Below, piece by piece: positions 43,589 through 57,128 of a DNA stretch of 64,000 nucleotides. Each line of letters begins with the position of its first letter. Position 1 is the stretch's first letter. The stretch is from Eledone cirrhosa. Its lineage: Eukaryota. The DNA is taken from positions 334,118,001 through 334,182,000 of the forward strand of contig OZ024741.1 of NCBI GenBank assembly GCA_964016885.1. The letters run 5' to 3'. Made by a program: the position numbers and the translations under genes. The notes beneath the pieces are model-generated. The model was given only the letters and a program-made list of their open reading frames with translations. It was not told the DNA's origin and did not search any database.

Positions 43589-43881
43589 TCTACCTGGAGT
43601 TGCGACCGATAGATAGTATTAGCAATTGGAAAGACCAACGGAAACATTGTTCCCTCGGTCTGATTTGACGAAAGTCGATCGTTCCTTTATATATAAATAT
43701 ATTTAAATTTTAGAAATGACTTCTACAGAACTAGAACTGCTTCTTTCATAAGAAATCATCAGAAAAGTACTTTTCTAAGAAATGAAACAGTTCTAGTCCT
43801 GTAGAAGTCATTTCTATAATAAAATAAATGTGTATACTCCATTAATGTATGGAGTACCATTTTTAATATCGGGAATCTGCC

Positions 43882-43929
<48 letters not shown>

Positions 43930-43996
43930 TTGGATTAGAAATCATTGTTTCATCACATCAAGGGTGGTTGATTGGCAGAATTGTTATATATATATA

Positions 43997-45900
43997 TAAT
44001 TGTTTCTACTTTAGGCACAAGACCAGTAATTACCCAGTGCATTACTGGTACTTTATTTTATCGACCCCGTAAGGATGAAAGGCAAAGTCAACCTCGGCGG
44101 GATTTGAACTCAGATCGTAAAGGGACGTCTCTTTATGATCTGAGTTCAAATCCCGCCGAGGTTGACTATGCTGGAAACCATGGCGTCCGACCCTCTACCG
44201 AAACTGCCAATCCACCGCCTTATATATATATAATATTGGGTATTAGGATTGGTGTTCTGAAATAGCGATGTATACATGAATGTATGTATAGTATATTTGG
44301 CAATATACCGTATGTTTAATTAAAAACATTTTGAAGACCATACGCTATCGGTTTTAAAGTAGTCACTATGTCACTTCTTTTCGGTGAAAGGAGGGAGAGA
44401 AGCTAACAGTCTGTTACATCCTGTTTGGCAATCATCAGAGTCACACACTTCCGCTGAAAATTATAGAAGCTGGATTCTTATAGAATTCCAGTAATAATCA
44501 GGAGCTGATTAGCGTGAAACAGACTGTTAGCTTCTCTCCCTTCTTTCGCCAAAAAAGAAGTGACATATTCACTACTTTAAAACTGATAGCCGGTACTTTA
44601 TTTTATTGATGCCGGAAGGATAAAAGTCGAAATTGATCTCAGTGGGATTTGAACTCAGAATGTAAAGATCACAAACAAATACTACAAAAAATAATATATC
44701 TGATACTCTAATGATTATGATCTACTGCATTATGATGGGATGAAATAATGTTTTCTAATTTAGGCACAAGTCCAACAATTTTGGGGGAGGTGATTGTTTA
44801 TTATATTTACCCCAGTTTATTACTGGTGCTCTATTTATCAATCCTGTAAGGATGAAAGGCAAAGCTAACGTAAAGAATGCAAAGAACCATAGCTCTGTAC
44901 TACAAAACGTTGCCTGATGCTTTACTAATACTGCCATGAAATAATATTATCACGATAATGTACAGCAGTGGATTGGCAGTATCGGGAGAGCATCGAACAA
45001 TATGCTTTCTGGCTTATAGTTACGGCCCTTTATTTTCTGAGTTCAAATCCCACTGAGATTATCTTTGCCTGTCATCCTTACGGGGATCGATAATATAACG
45101 CATTAGTAATGCACTGGGTGCAATTTAATTGACTTTCTTCTTCCCCAAATGTTTGCCTTGTACCTAAATCAGAAACCAGTATTCATATGACAAAGTTTTC
45201 CTCTGCCATATCTTATGATATGATAAACTTGAGATTATATATAGTAACAGAGAACCATGACCTGATGAAGGTACAATAATAATTGAATACTGGAATAAGA
45301 TAACTATGAAAAAAAACATGTCTTTATTCATCTAATAATAATCATTAAATTTAGTGAAAGGAATAAGGAAAAAATTTCCATCTTTCTGAGTATAGTAATT
45401 TCCTTTCTACATTTTTCTGTCACCTCACAGCATTCATTTGTTATTGAATTTAAAAGTTATATTCACTTTTACTTTTTCTGTTTTCTGAAATACATGATAC
45501 GAACACAAAAGGAACAGTGATTCTTTTTTTTTGTTTTCTAGAAATTCCAGGAACTAACATAAATCAGACATGGTTTATTTAAAAGCTGTCGGGCATGAAG
45601 TTTTGTATTTAAAATCACTTTAAAAATTAATGAAAATCCGATGATGATGATGAACTAAATGAAGACAACAATAAAAACGAAGAAAGATCAAGAAAAACAG
45701 GATAATAATTGTTTCTACTTTTGGCACAAGGTCAGCAATTACCCAGTACATTACTGGTACTTTATTTTATCGACCCCGTAAGGATGAAAGACAAAATTAA
45801 CCTCAGCGGGATTTGTACTCAGAATGGCAAGGGCCGTAACTGTATGCATCAAAACATGGCATCCGACACTCTACCAATACTACCAATTCACCGCCTATAA
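43997..45900. mobile_element. Cluster of degraded tRNA-derived SINEs with a Deu/Nin-like domain (~43997-44222 -, 44590-44720 -, 44750-44935 -, 44962-45175 +, 45705-45898 -)
   Basis: Recurrent GAGTTCAAATCCC..GAG...TTTGCCTTTCATCCTTACGGGGTCGATAAAATAAAGTACCAG motif on either strand. Confidence 0.75.
44237..44590 (-). mobile_element. Old, diverged member of the E/F module family with degenerate HHR (~44401-44443) and inverted arm (~44514-44590)
   Basis: TCTGAAATAGCGAT, TTTTGAAGACC, TTTTAAAGTAG, TAATCAGGAGCTGATTA shared with E/F; reverse strand CTGATGA...G(T/A)AA-CAGACTG-TT. Confidence 0.72.
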
Positions 45901-46871
45901 CAGGATAATAATGATAATGAAAACCAGGTGATTTAATTAATTTTTTCCAATGAAACGATTAAATCTCACCTTTCCATATAATAATGTATAGAGGTGCTCA
46001 CATTCTTATCTGGTGCCTAACTCTATATTGCTTCTTAATTATCATTCTTTAATTATTGTCATCACTTTTATAATTCATAACACATCTCTCTCAATAGATA
46101 TATGTGTGTATATATATTTTTGTATGTATGTATATATATTTATATATATATGTATATATATGTATGTTTGTATATATGTATATGTTTGTATATATGTGTG
46201 TGCATGTGTGTGTATTAGCACAACAACAGTGAGATTTATATATGTTTCTTATATATAACCATATTGTATATACATTCTTGTATGCATCTAATCCTTTCAT
46301 GACCATATTTAGGAAAGACATTCTATTTCAAATAATTATTTCATTATTAAGATAGTAACTTGGCAGTTGGTTCTTACATAAAATGATGTTGAAAGATTTA
46401 AATTTAAATAAAAACTCTTTAAAATAAGTGGCTTTGTTTCATAGAATTGGAGCTGGTTTGGGTCAAGTTGGTATCAGTTTAAACGCTTAAAGCAATTAAC
46501 GGTCTTATATATTTACATCATAGAACCAGGATCAGTTTCAGAGGATTTAATTTTTAAAAGGTTAAATATACAGTTTATACTTGTATATAAGCTGAGAAAA
46601 TGTGATAAAAAATCATCTTACATTGGCGGTCGATATTTTGACGATTTTTTCCAACTACAAATTCTAAATAAATGGAGTGATTATTTTACATTGAAACAAT
46701 GCTTTTCTACATTTACTATGTCGTCATGACTAGTATTTATGCTTTTATAATTTGAACTTTTTAGTACATTAATATCCCCTACACATACATGCATACACAA
46801 ACATACACACTTAATTATACTTTTTCTTTCAATTTTGTATTTTCTTCTTGCTTTCTCTTTTTCTTGCTCTG

Positions 46872-46872
<1 letters not shown>

Positions 46873-46944
<72 letters not shown>

Positions 46945-46946
46945 CT
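46873..46946. repeat. (CT)n microsatellite
   Basis: Direct reading. Confidence 0.95.
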
Positions 46947-47544
46947 CCCTCCACTTTCTACTCTGAATTCTTACACAATGTTCTCTTAGTCAATCTCTTT
47001 CTTTCAATTATTCCCTATTCATAGTTTTCAACATTTTTCAATTATTATAGTTTTCAATTATTCCCCTTGAACATAGTTTTCAATCCCCACCCATAGTGTT
47101 TTAATGATCTCCGTAACAGTTAAAGAAATTAAAAAAGATCTAAACTCAAAATTCTATGGGGTAAAAGAGTAGCCTAATAATATATCAAATTTTGATGATT
47201 TTCAAGTAATAATCTGACTGATTTAAGAAATGTTAACCAGCTTACATGTTTAAAAAAAAATCAAACTGAATGTACTAATGAACTAATAAATCCAGACCTG
47301 CTCATCATCCTTGTTTTTACATTCATTCTTCCAAGTTGGCAAGGGTTTGGCTGGAATGATTTGAGACAATGTTTTACAACTAGATGCCCTTCCTCAAGAC
47401 AACCATTACAAACGGTTACCTCTGACAACAGGAATATGATTTACCTATTTTAAAAACTGCAATATATTCTGTACTAAATTAGTGAATCCATTGATTTACA
47501 AATTTACTTTTTACATGGTGACCTACACAATAAAATCACCCAAT

Positions 47545-47775
47545 ACATGCTGTAAAGGGGTTGGTGTTAGGAAGGGCATTCAGCCATAGAAAGTTTGCCA
47601 AACAAGTTGATTAGGAGGATCTTTCAGTTTGTGTCAAAGGATATGACAATTTCACCTCTGTATTCGATACAATCATTATTGTGGCCCTGCTTCAATAATG
47701 ACTTGATCTCTGTAGTAGACCCGTCCATCCCTTTCTATCAGGGAAAGTGGATGTTAAATGATGATGATAATGATA
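47545..47775 (+). mobile_element. Degraded RTE-type 3' end (or SINE tail)
   Basis: GTTGGTGTTAGGAAGGGCATTCAGCC...GTGGATGTTAAATGATGATGAT resembles the RTE 3' UTR at 9760-9920. Confidence 0.6.
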
Positions 47776-48016
47776 ATATATTTCTTAGCAACCTTTCCAA
47801 GATTTATTTATTTTCCTGAAAAGCTATCTCTAAAATATATATTGATGTTAAAATCATAAAAAAGTGCAAAATTCCTTTGTTTTCTCGAAACTACAAAACA
47901 TTCCAATTTTTGTCATTCAAAGAAAGTTAATAAAATAGTTATATATACAAATATATATATATGATTCTGTGTGTGTATATATATATGAGTGCATGAATGT
48001 ATTTATGTATGCATAT

Positions 48017-48107
<91 letters not shown>

Positions 48108-48158
48108 AATTATAAATTATATATATATATTATATATATATAAATAATATATATATAT

Positions 48159-48222
<64 letters not shown>

Positions 48223-48316
48223 ATATATATATATATAAATATATATATATATTATATATATATATATAAATATATATGTATATATATATATATATTTATA
48301 TATATAAATATATATG

Positions 48317-48347
<31 letters not shown>

Positions 48348-48390
48348 ATAAATATATATGTATATATATATATATATAAATATATATGTA

Positions 48391-50123
48391 CATTATGAAG
48401 AGAGAAGAAACATTTAGATATAATTAGTAATAAAATGTATCATACCTAAACTGTTCCTAAATTCCTCGACTACGTAGTTTCGTGGCATAAACAAAAACAA
48501 TATATCAAAGATATAGAGTCCTTGCGAGGTCTGCCGACTTATCAAGAGGATACCTCATTTTACTAGTCTCAAGAACGCGTCTACACGACGTGAGAAAGAA
48601 TCCCAAAAGGCGGAGGGGGAGATAGTCACGCGATATAACGGTCGAGAAACAGAGCTAAGCCTCTTATAACCACGAAGAAAATACCACGGAGGCGGAAGGG
48701 GTATTCATATCGAGGCCGTAGAAGAGGTAGTGAAGAAGGCGAGAAGTATGAGTAATGGAAGCTTTCCAGTTGTCCCCACACCTCAAAGATTGCTCGACCA
48801 GAGGGAGTTATTAATATATTTAGAAACACACAGATACATGCGGACGCACACATATATACCCTTAACTCACAGTTGGGTGCGGATGCATTCATGTATATAT
48901 GTGTGCGTCCGCATGTATCTGTGTGTTTCTAAATATATTAATAACTCCCTCTGGTCGAGCAATCTTTGAGGTGTGGGGACAACTGGAAAGCTTCCATTAC
49001 TCATACTTCTCGCCTTCTTCACTACCTCTTCTACGGCCTCGATATGAATACCCCCTCCGCCTCCGTGGTATTTTCTTCGTGGTTATAAGAGGCTTAGCTC
49101 TGTTTCTCGACCGTTATATCGCGTGACTATCTCCCCCTCCGCCTTTTGGGATTCTTTCTCACGTCGTGTAGACGCGTTCTTGAGACTAGTAAAATGAGGT
49201 ATCCTCTTGATAAGTCGGCAGACCTCGCAAGGACTCTATATCTTTGATATATTGTTTTTGTTTATGCCACGAAACTACGTCGTCGAGGAATTTAGGAACA
49301 GTTTAGGTATGATACATTTTATTACTAATTATATCTAAATGTTTCTTCTCTCTTCATAATGTATTTTTAACTCTGATACTGGTTCAGTCTAGTTCAAACT
49401 GAATTGGTCTGTCCCAGTCATTCATTGAGCAACATCGGTGAAGTTGGCACCCTTAACTCACAGTTGGGTGCGGATGCGTTCATGTATATATGTGTGCGTC
49501 CGCATGTATCTGTGTGTTTCTAAATATATTAATAACTCCCTCTGGTCGAGCAATCTTTGAGGTGTGGGGACAACTGGAAAGCTTCCATTACTCATACTTC
49601 TCGCCTTCTTCACTACCTCTTCTACGGCCTCGATATGAATACCCCCTCCGCCTCCGTGGTATTTTCTTCGTGGTTATAAGAGGCTTAGCTCTGTTTCTCG
49701 ACCGTTATATCGCGTGACTATCTCCCCCTCCGCCTTTTGGGATTCTTTCTCACGTCGTGTAGACGCGTTCTTGAGACTAGTAAAATGAGGTATCCTCTTG
49801 ATAAGTCGGCAGACCTCGCAAGGACTCTATATCTTTGATATATTGTTTTTGTTTATGCCACGAAACTACGTCGTCGAGGAATTTAGGAACAGTTTAGGTA
49901 TGATACATTTTATTACTAATTATATCTAAATGTTTCTTCTCTCTTCATAATGTATTTTTAACTCTGATACTGGTTCAGTCTAGTTCAAACTGAATTGGTC
50001 TGTCCCAGTCATTCATTGAGCAACATCGGTGAAGTTGGCACCCTTAACTCACAGTTGGGTGCGGATGCGTTCATGTATATATGTGTGCGTCCGCATGTAT
50101 CTGTGTGTTTCTAAATATATTAA
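48391..50123 (+). mobile_element. Module D second locus (D2): inverted arm 48391-48859 plus ~2.1 tandem 591-bp units
   Basis: Close match to 26168-27936; HHRs at 48463-48550 (-), 49202-49289 (+) and 49793-49880 (+). Confidence 0.9.
49202..49289 (+). ncRNA. Variant hammerhead (U3-A8, 44-nt loop II), module D2
   Basis: TCCTC-TTGATAA-GTCGGCA(loop)TGCCAC-GAAA-CTACGTCG-TC/GAGGA. Confidence 0.72.
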
Positions 50124-50160
50124 ATATATATGTATATATATATATATATTTATATATATG

Positions 50161-50214
<54 letters not shown>

Positions 50215-50316
50215 TATATATATATATATTTATATATATATATTTATATATATATATATATATATTTATATACATATATTTATATATATATTTATATATA
50301 TATTTATATATATATT

Positions 50317-50349
<33 letters not shown>

Positions 50350-50379
50350 ATTTATATATATATATATATTTATATATAT

Positions 50380-50907
50380 CTAAATCCAAAATTAAGATAA
50401 AATAAATTAAATGAATTTAATCTAAATTGAAATTATGGGTGTCATGTCAAAATGCATGCGCCATATATCCTGGAAATTAAGCTCAAAGATAAATCCGAGC
50501 ATATTATAATAATTAGAAATTGATTAACATATAAATATACATGAATAATCACAGGAGATAATTTTTGCTCGTGTGTAACCACGCATAGCTAGTATAGGTA
50601 ATATTTACCTTTAAGAGTGATTAACGTGGTAGCGGCTAGATGAAGATTTGAACTCATTCTGTAAGGACGAATAGCTGGACATTATTACACTTTCCTTGTT
50701 GACAATCCAATAATATCCACTTTCCGTGACTTACCATCTGATTAATTGGTGAAATATATTTCTTTAATGGGATATATACAAGGTATGTTAATCACTCTTA
50801 AAGGTAAATATTACCTATACTAGCTATGCGTGGTTACACGCAAGCAAAAATTATCTCCTGTGATTATTCATGTATATTTATATGTTAATCAATTTCTAGT
50901 TATTATA
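50380..50907. mobile_element. Fold-back module H in (TA)n (arms ~50504-50625 and ~50787-50907)
   Basis: ~120-bp inverted repeat with a few mismatches; no clean HHR seen. Confidence 0.65.
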
Positions 50908-50909
50908 TT

Positions 50910-50942
<33 letters not shown>

Positions 50943-51011
50943 ATTTATATATATATATATTTATATATATTTATATATATATATATTTATATATATATAT
51001 ATTTATATAAA

Positions 51012-51088
<77 letters not shown>

Positions 51089-51100
51089 AAAAAAAAAAAA

Positions 51101-54100
51101 TTGGCGGTCATTCTAGCACCGAGTGGTACCATTGCTGAACATTAATATCGTGAAATGGACTGCATACAGGAAAAAGGTGAAATTAGGAGTCAGCGAAACT
51201 GGTCAAAGATGGAACTAGCGGTTTTGATCAAGGGGTGGACCATGGATGATGGGTCTCCACCAAGCAAAAAGATGGCGGAGAACCTGAAAAGCCATGGGTT
51301 TCTGAGGACCCTGGCACAGATAGAGAGAAAGAGAAAAGAAATTGAGAAGGCGTATGCCCTCATAGCGCCACATATGGCGATGCTAAGCCGTGTCCTCAGG
51401 GAGGAGAAAACCAGAGAGAAGGGAGAGGAGAGGGAGAAAGAAAAAGAAAAGGAGGAGAGCACAAGCACGGACCTGAAAGAAAATGAGATACCCTCCGCCA
51501 CAGTCAGGGAGGGCAGGCTGGGCAACCAACAAGCAATAGGTAAAGGTGAAAAGCGAAATCACCTTCCGAAGGAGAACCAAGCGCAGAGGGACCAGTGGAC
51601 AACTGTTCAAACGAAGAACAGAAAGCACCGAGACACTGGGAGCAAAAAACCCCAAGTAATATGCAAGTTTTTCAAGAACGGGATCTGCTGGCATGGAGAG
51701 ACAGGGATGGGATGCAGATTCGCCCACCCCAGGTCTCAAACGAACTATTCCTACTCGCGCAACATGCCCCAGCCAAAGCCGAAATAAGCCGCTCCAGAAG
51801 TATGCTGATGTCGCGCGTGCCGTACCAACAAGGAGAAGGCACACACATGCCGACGAGATACAGAGGGCAGCAGCAGAGCAGAAAAATTTTTTGGTGATGG
51901 CAGAGAAGATTGTGGGACAGCTGACCTGGCTGCATCGTTTCCAGAGCCAGGTTCACCCACACCAGCACTCGAGACCACCACAGCTAAGGGACCCAGAGTG
52001 GCCGCCGCTGACACCAGACCAGGTGTCATACCAACAGCCATTACTGGCACCCCAAAATTCACACCAGTGCTGCTGCTGAATGTCAGAGGCCTGATGAAAC
52101 TCAGTAACATGAGTAAAATTTCCTACCTGGGAGACTTAGCCATAAGCAATCAAGCATTATGCATGGCACTAACCGAAATGCAGTATAGCAGATGCAGAAA
52201 TACATATACCGAAATATACTGTATTTCGTTCGGACAGGAAGAAGAGAACTCATGGTGGGGTTGCTCTGTATATCCGTGAAGATGTCACACCAATTGTACT
52301 GTTGACACATTCAAACTCAGTCTGTGACACACTGATAGTACATATGAAGCAACTACAGACAGTAATATGTGTAACATATCGGCCGCCCGATGCCCCCAGT
52401 CATGAGGGTAAATTTGAGGATAGCCTAAGTAGGATAGAAGAGGTCCTTGACAAACTGGACCAGGGTCTCAACATTCTACTGCTGAGAGACTTCAACCTAC
52501 CAAAGGTCAAATGGCCTGAGGGCCACCTCCTCCCTGGAATGACATCAATAGAACAGAGACAGACGGAATCCCTGCTGGCCCTCACACACAGGCTGTTCAT
52601 GGAGAAAGCAATACTCCTCCCAACAAGAGGCGAAAATGTCCTGGACCTCTGTTTTACAAACAACGAAGTGCTCATCCACAATGTAAAGGTGACACCAACA
52701 ATTCTCTCGGATCATAACTTAGTAGAGCTAATGATATGTGGTCCAAGAGAACCAACAGAGACAAAACCACCAAGAAGCTCCGGGACGTTATCCAGCCTTA
52801 ACTTCTACAAGGCTAACTGGAAAAAGATTAAGAGAGAAATCCGGAAGCAAACATGGAGTGAAAACACCGCCACACAAGACACTAACACACAATTTCAACA
52901 CTTCATGACAACGATACACACTATATGCAAAAAGTTTGTCCCGGAGAAAAAGGCAAACAGACACAAAAATCTTATTCCCAGAGATAGGAAAATCCTTATG
53001 AGACGTAGAACCAAACTCTCACACCAGTTGAATAGTCAACAAAACAAAAACAAGAAGGAATCCTATTTGAAATGTGCATTACTTGGCACCGAGATTGCAC
53101 TCAAGCTTTCCCATGAGAATGAGAGGGCAAAGAAAGAGAACAAGGCCATAGAAAACATTAAAACAAACCCTAAGGCCTTCTTTAAATTTGCAAAATAAAC
53201 TGCCTCAGTACACTGCAAGATTGGGCCACTCTTCCATACGGACGGTTCATTAACCGAAAACCCCCAAGAGATATGTGAAATACTGAACGAACAGTACAAA
53301 AGTGTGTTCACATGTCCACTGAGGCACATGCAAATAACGAAGCCAGAGGAGTTCTTTGATGCCACAACACTACATGAAGAAATGGCAACCATCAACCACA
53401 TAGACATAACGGAGGAGGATGTGGTGTACGCCATTGATGAAATTAGAACAGACTCGGCTGCTGGACCTGATGGTTTCCCAGTAGTTCTCTTAAAAAGATA
53501 TAAGCTAGCCTTAGTAACTCCACTGAAGATGCTCTTCAGAAGCTCCTTGACTAGCGGTGTAATACCCAGGTAGCTGAAAGAAGGCACAATATGCCCTATC
53601 CATAAACGAGGTAGCAGAGTGGAGGCCAAAAACTATAGGCCAGTCTCCCTGACGTCGCATATCAGTAAGGTCATGGAGCGAGTCATCAGAAAGAAACTGA
53701 TCACTTTCCTCGAGGAAAATGACCACCTGACTAGCACGCAACATGGCTTCTGCCCAGGAAGAAGCTACCTTATACAGCTGCTACATCACTATGACTGGGT
53801 ACTGAAACAACTACTAGACAGCTCACATGTGGACGTGATATATCTTGACTTTGCGAAGGCCTTTGACAAGGTCGACCACGGAATGATATGTCACAAACTA
53901 CATGGACTCGGCATAACTGGAAAGGTAGGTGAGTGGCTGCATGACTTCCTAAAGGACAGAAGCCAGGCAGTCGCAGCAAATGGGGCCCTCTCAAAGGAAA
54001 CACCAATAACAAGTGGGGTGCCACAGGGGACAGTCCTGGGACGACTACTGTTTTTGGTGGCTCTCTCAGACATGCGCTCTGTGGTACATACAACAACATC

Positions 54101-55098
54101 CCTCACTAGCTATGCTGATGACACTAGGGTAGCACAGGCAATCAAAAACCCGGCTGACGCTGCCCTTTTACAGCAGGATCTGGATGCCATATACAAATGG
54201 GCGGAAGAAAACATGCAGTTTAATGCTGGCAAATTCCAAGCCCTACAATACAAACCTCCAAATAAACCTGCAAACACAAATATAGTACAACACAATTACA
54301 CAGGACCAGGAGGGACCGATATCCCCGCGTCAAAATCGATACGAGACCTGGGCATAGACATGAGCGATGATGCATCTTTTTCTTCACACATCATGACAAT
54401 GTGCAGATAACTCACTGGCTGGATCTTGAGGACTTTCCGGACAAGATATCAGGACACCATGTTGACACTATGGAGGACATTTGTCCTAAGCCGCCTGGAC
54501 TACTGCTCCCAGTTTTGGTCACCCCATAGTATCAAACTAACCACGGAGCTTTAGGCAATCCAGTGAAGCTACACCAAGAGGATTACCACGATGAAGGAGA
54601 CAAGCTACTGGGAGAGGCTAAAGGAACAGAACCTCTACTCCTTGGAACGAAGACGGGAGAGATACGCAGTGATCTACATGTGGAAAATCCTGGAGGGACT
54701 AGCACCAAACTTTGGCATTGGGAGCTGGACCAACCGTCGAACAGGACGTCACTGTGTGGTGCCAAAGGTCCCGTCTTCCACATCTAGAATAAGGAGCAGG
54801 TATTGCAATAGCCTGGGATTCAAGGGCCCTCAACTCTTCAACAGGCTGCCGAGGGATCTGAGAGATTTGCTTGACGTGAAGGTGGATGTCTTCAAGAAAC
54901 ATCTCGACAACTTGTTATCCAGGATCCCGGATGAGCCCACAGCAAGGCACGATGGAAACCTAAGAGCAGCAGCAACAAACTCCCTCTTACACCAGTGGCC
55001 AACCTATACAGGCTGGAGATAAAATGTGTAGCAACAAAGGCGGTGCCCCAGCATGGCCTCAGCCGGATGGCTGAAACAGGTAAGAGAGTGAAAGAGAA
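51101..55098 (+). mobile_element. Near full-length, decayed CR1-like LINE (ORF1 plus APE-RT ORF2)
   Basis: LLNVRGL, ALTE, YRPP, DFNLP, LDLCF, SDHNLV; NYRPVSLTS, YLDFAKAFDKV, GVPQGTVLG, YADD, YSLERRRERY; several stops and frameshifts. Confidence 0.9.
51155..52079 (+). pseudogene. LINE ORF1 (frameshifted): possible Myb/SANT-like N-terminus and CCCH zinc finger
   Basis: RNWSKMELAVLIKGW...RTLAQIERKRKEI; CKFFKNGICWHGETGMGCRFAH. Confidence 0.6.
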
Positions 55099-55163
<65 letters not shown>

Positions 55164-55202
55164 ATATATATATATATATTTATATATATATATATATATA
55201 TT

Positions 55203-56575
55203 TATATAAAAGACGTAAAATAAGAAAATTTAAAAAAAAATTTAAAAATTAACATACTTACTAAAATTTTCACTCCAACTAATTAGTTTCTGCAATGGGA
55301 TAAAGACAGTTACATAATATAACCGTCGAGAATTCATTGCGTCATCAGGGAGTCTATTCTCAGCTAAGTCTCCAGGCAATGCGCGGACACTGGGGACTCA
55401 TATAAAAATAATAATAATTCGGTAGATGGAACAGCTAGCGGGGACTGGATTCCATGCACTGAAAAGCTCGCTGTCTCTGGTCAAATGGCAGATTCTAAAG
55501 AATCAATCACGTGACACTGAGGCTAGTCGGAAGGTGTGGGATGGTAAGATGACAGAAGTCTACTACCACACCAATAAATTAGTAGTGGCTTTGGCAGGTT
55601 TGCTCAACAAATAAATAATTTGGAGATAAATATAGAGAATTTAGTATATCTACTAACATATGCGAGCTTTTCAGTGCATGGAATCCAGTCCCCGCTAGCT
55701 GTTCCATCTACCGAATTATTATTATTTTTATATGAGTCCCCAGTGTCCGCACATTGCCTGGAGACTTAGCTGAGAATAGACTCTCTGATGACGCAATGAA
55801 TTCTCGACGGTTATATTACGTAACTGTCTTTATCCCATTGCAGAAACTAATTAGTTGGAGTGAAAATTTTAGTAAGTAAGTTAATTTTTAATTTTTTTTT
55901 TTAATTTTCTTATCTTACGTCTTTTATATTATTGTTCTGCATCCTCCTGCATTGAACCACCTAGGTACTATGACATAACTTATGTATTTGCTAGCATTAG
56001 CGTACATCTGTACGCATATGTTAGTAGATATACTAAATTCTCTATATTTATCTCCAAATTATTTATTTGTTGAGCAAACCTGCCAAAACCACTACTAATT
56101 TATTGGTGTGGTAGTAGGCTTCTGTCATCTTACCATCCCACTCCTTCCGACTAGCCTCAGTGTCACGTGATTGATTCTTTAGAATCTGCCATTTGACCAG
56201 AGACAGCGAGCTTTTCAGTGCATGGAATCCAGTCGCCGCTAGCTGTTCCATCTACCGAATTATTATTATTTTTATATGTGTCCGTGCATTGCCTGGAGAC
56301 TTAGCTGAGAATAGACTCCCTGATGACGCAATGAATTCTCGACGGTTATATTACGTAACTGTCTTTATCCCATTGCAGAAACTAATTAGTTGGAGTGAAA
56401 ATTTTAGTAAGTTAATTTTTAAATTTTTTTAAAAAATTTCTTATCTTACGTCTTTTATATTATTGTTCTGCATCCTCCTGCATTGAACCACCTAGGTACT
56501 ATGACATAACTTATGTATTTGCTAGCATTAGCGTACATCTGTACGCATATGTTAGTAGATATACTAAATTCTCTA
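55203..56575 (+). mobile_element. Non-coding HHR module I: inverted arm ~55203-55663 plus ~1.7 tandem units (~535-545 bp)
   Basis: GCGAGCTTTTCAGTGCATGGAATCC at ~55662 and ~56206; the arm is a reverse complement. Confidence 0.88.
56315..56396 (+). ncRNA. Type I hammerhead with 37-nt loop II (module I); copies at 55780-55861 (+) and 55272-55353 (-)
   Basis: ACTCC-CTGATGA-CGCAATG(loop)CATTGCA-GAAA-CTAATTAG-TT/GGAGT. Confidence 0.8.
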
Positions 56576-56585
56576 TATATATATT

Positions 56586-56616
<31 letters not shown>

Positions 56617-56703
56617 ATATTTATATACATATATATATTTATATATATATATATTTATAGATATATATATTTATATATATATATATTTATATATATATAT
56701 ATT

Positions 56704-56852
<149 letters not shown>

Positions 56853-56997
56853 ATATTTATATATTTATATATATATTTATATATTTATATATATATATAT
56901 ATTTATATATTTATATATATATTTATATATTTATATATATACATATATTTATATATATATATATATATATTTATATATTTATATATATACATATATT

Positions 56998-57074
<77 letters not shown>

Positions 57075-57075
57075 T

Positions 57076-57112
<37 letters not shown>

Positions 57113-57128
57113 TTATATATATATATAT

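Noticed and set aside
44086-44167. 28-bp hairpin inside a SINE
   Set aside because: Local inverted duplication of the SINE B-box region; no evidence of function
45255-45310. CTGATGA hammerhead-like motif
   Set aside because: No proper GAAA and no convincing stems I or III
55426-55614. 62-aa ORF repeated in module I
   Set aside because: Antisense to the ribozyme strand and repeated only because of the inversion; no protein features
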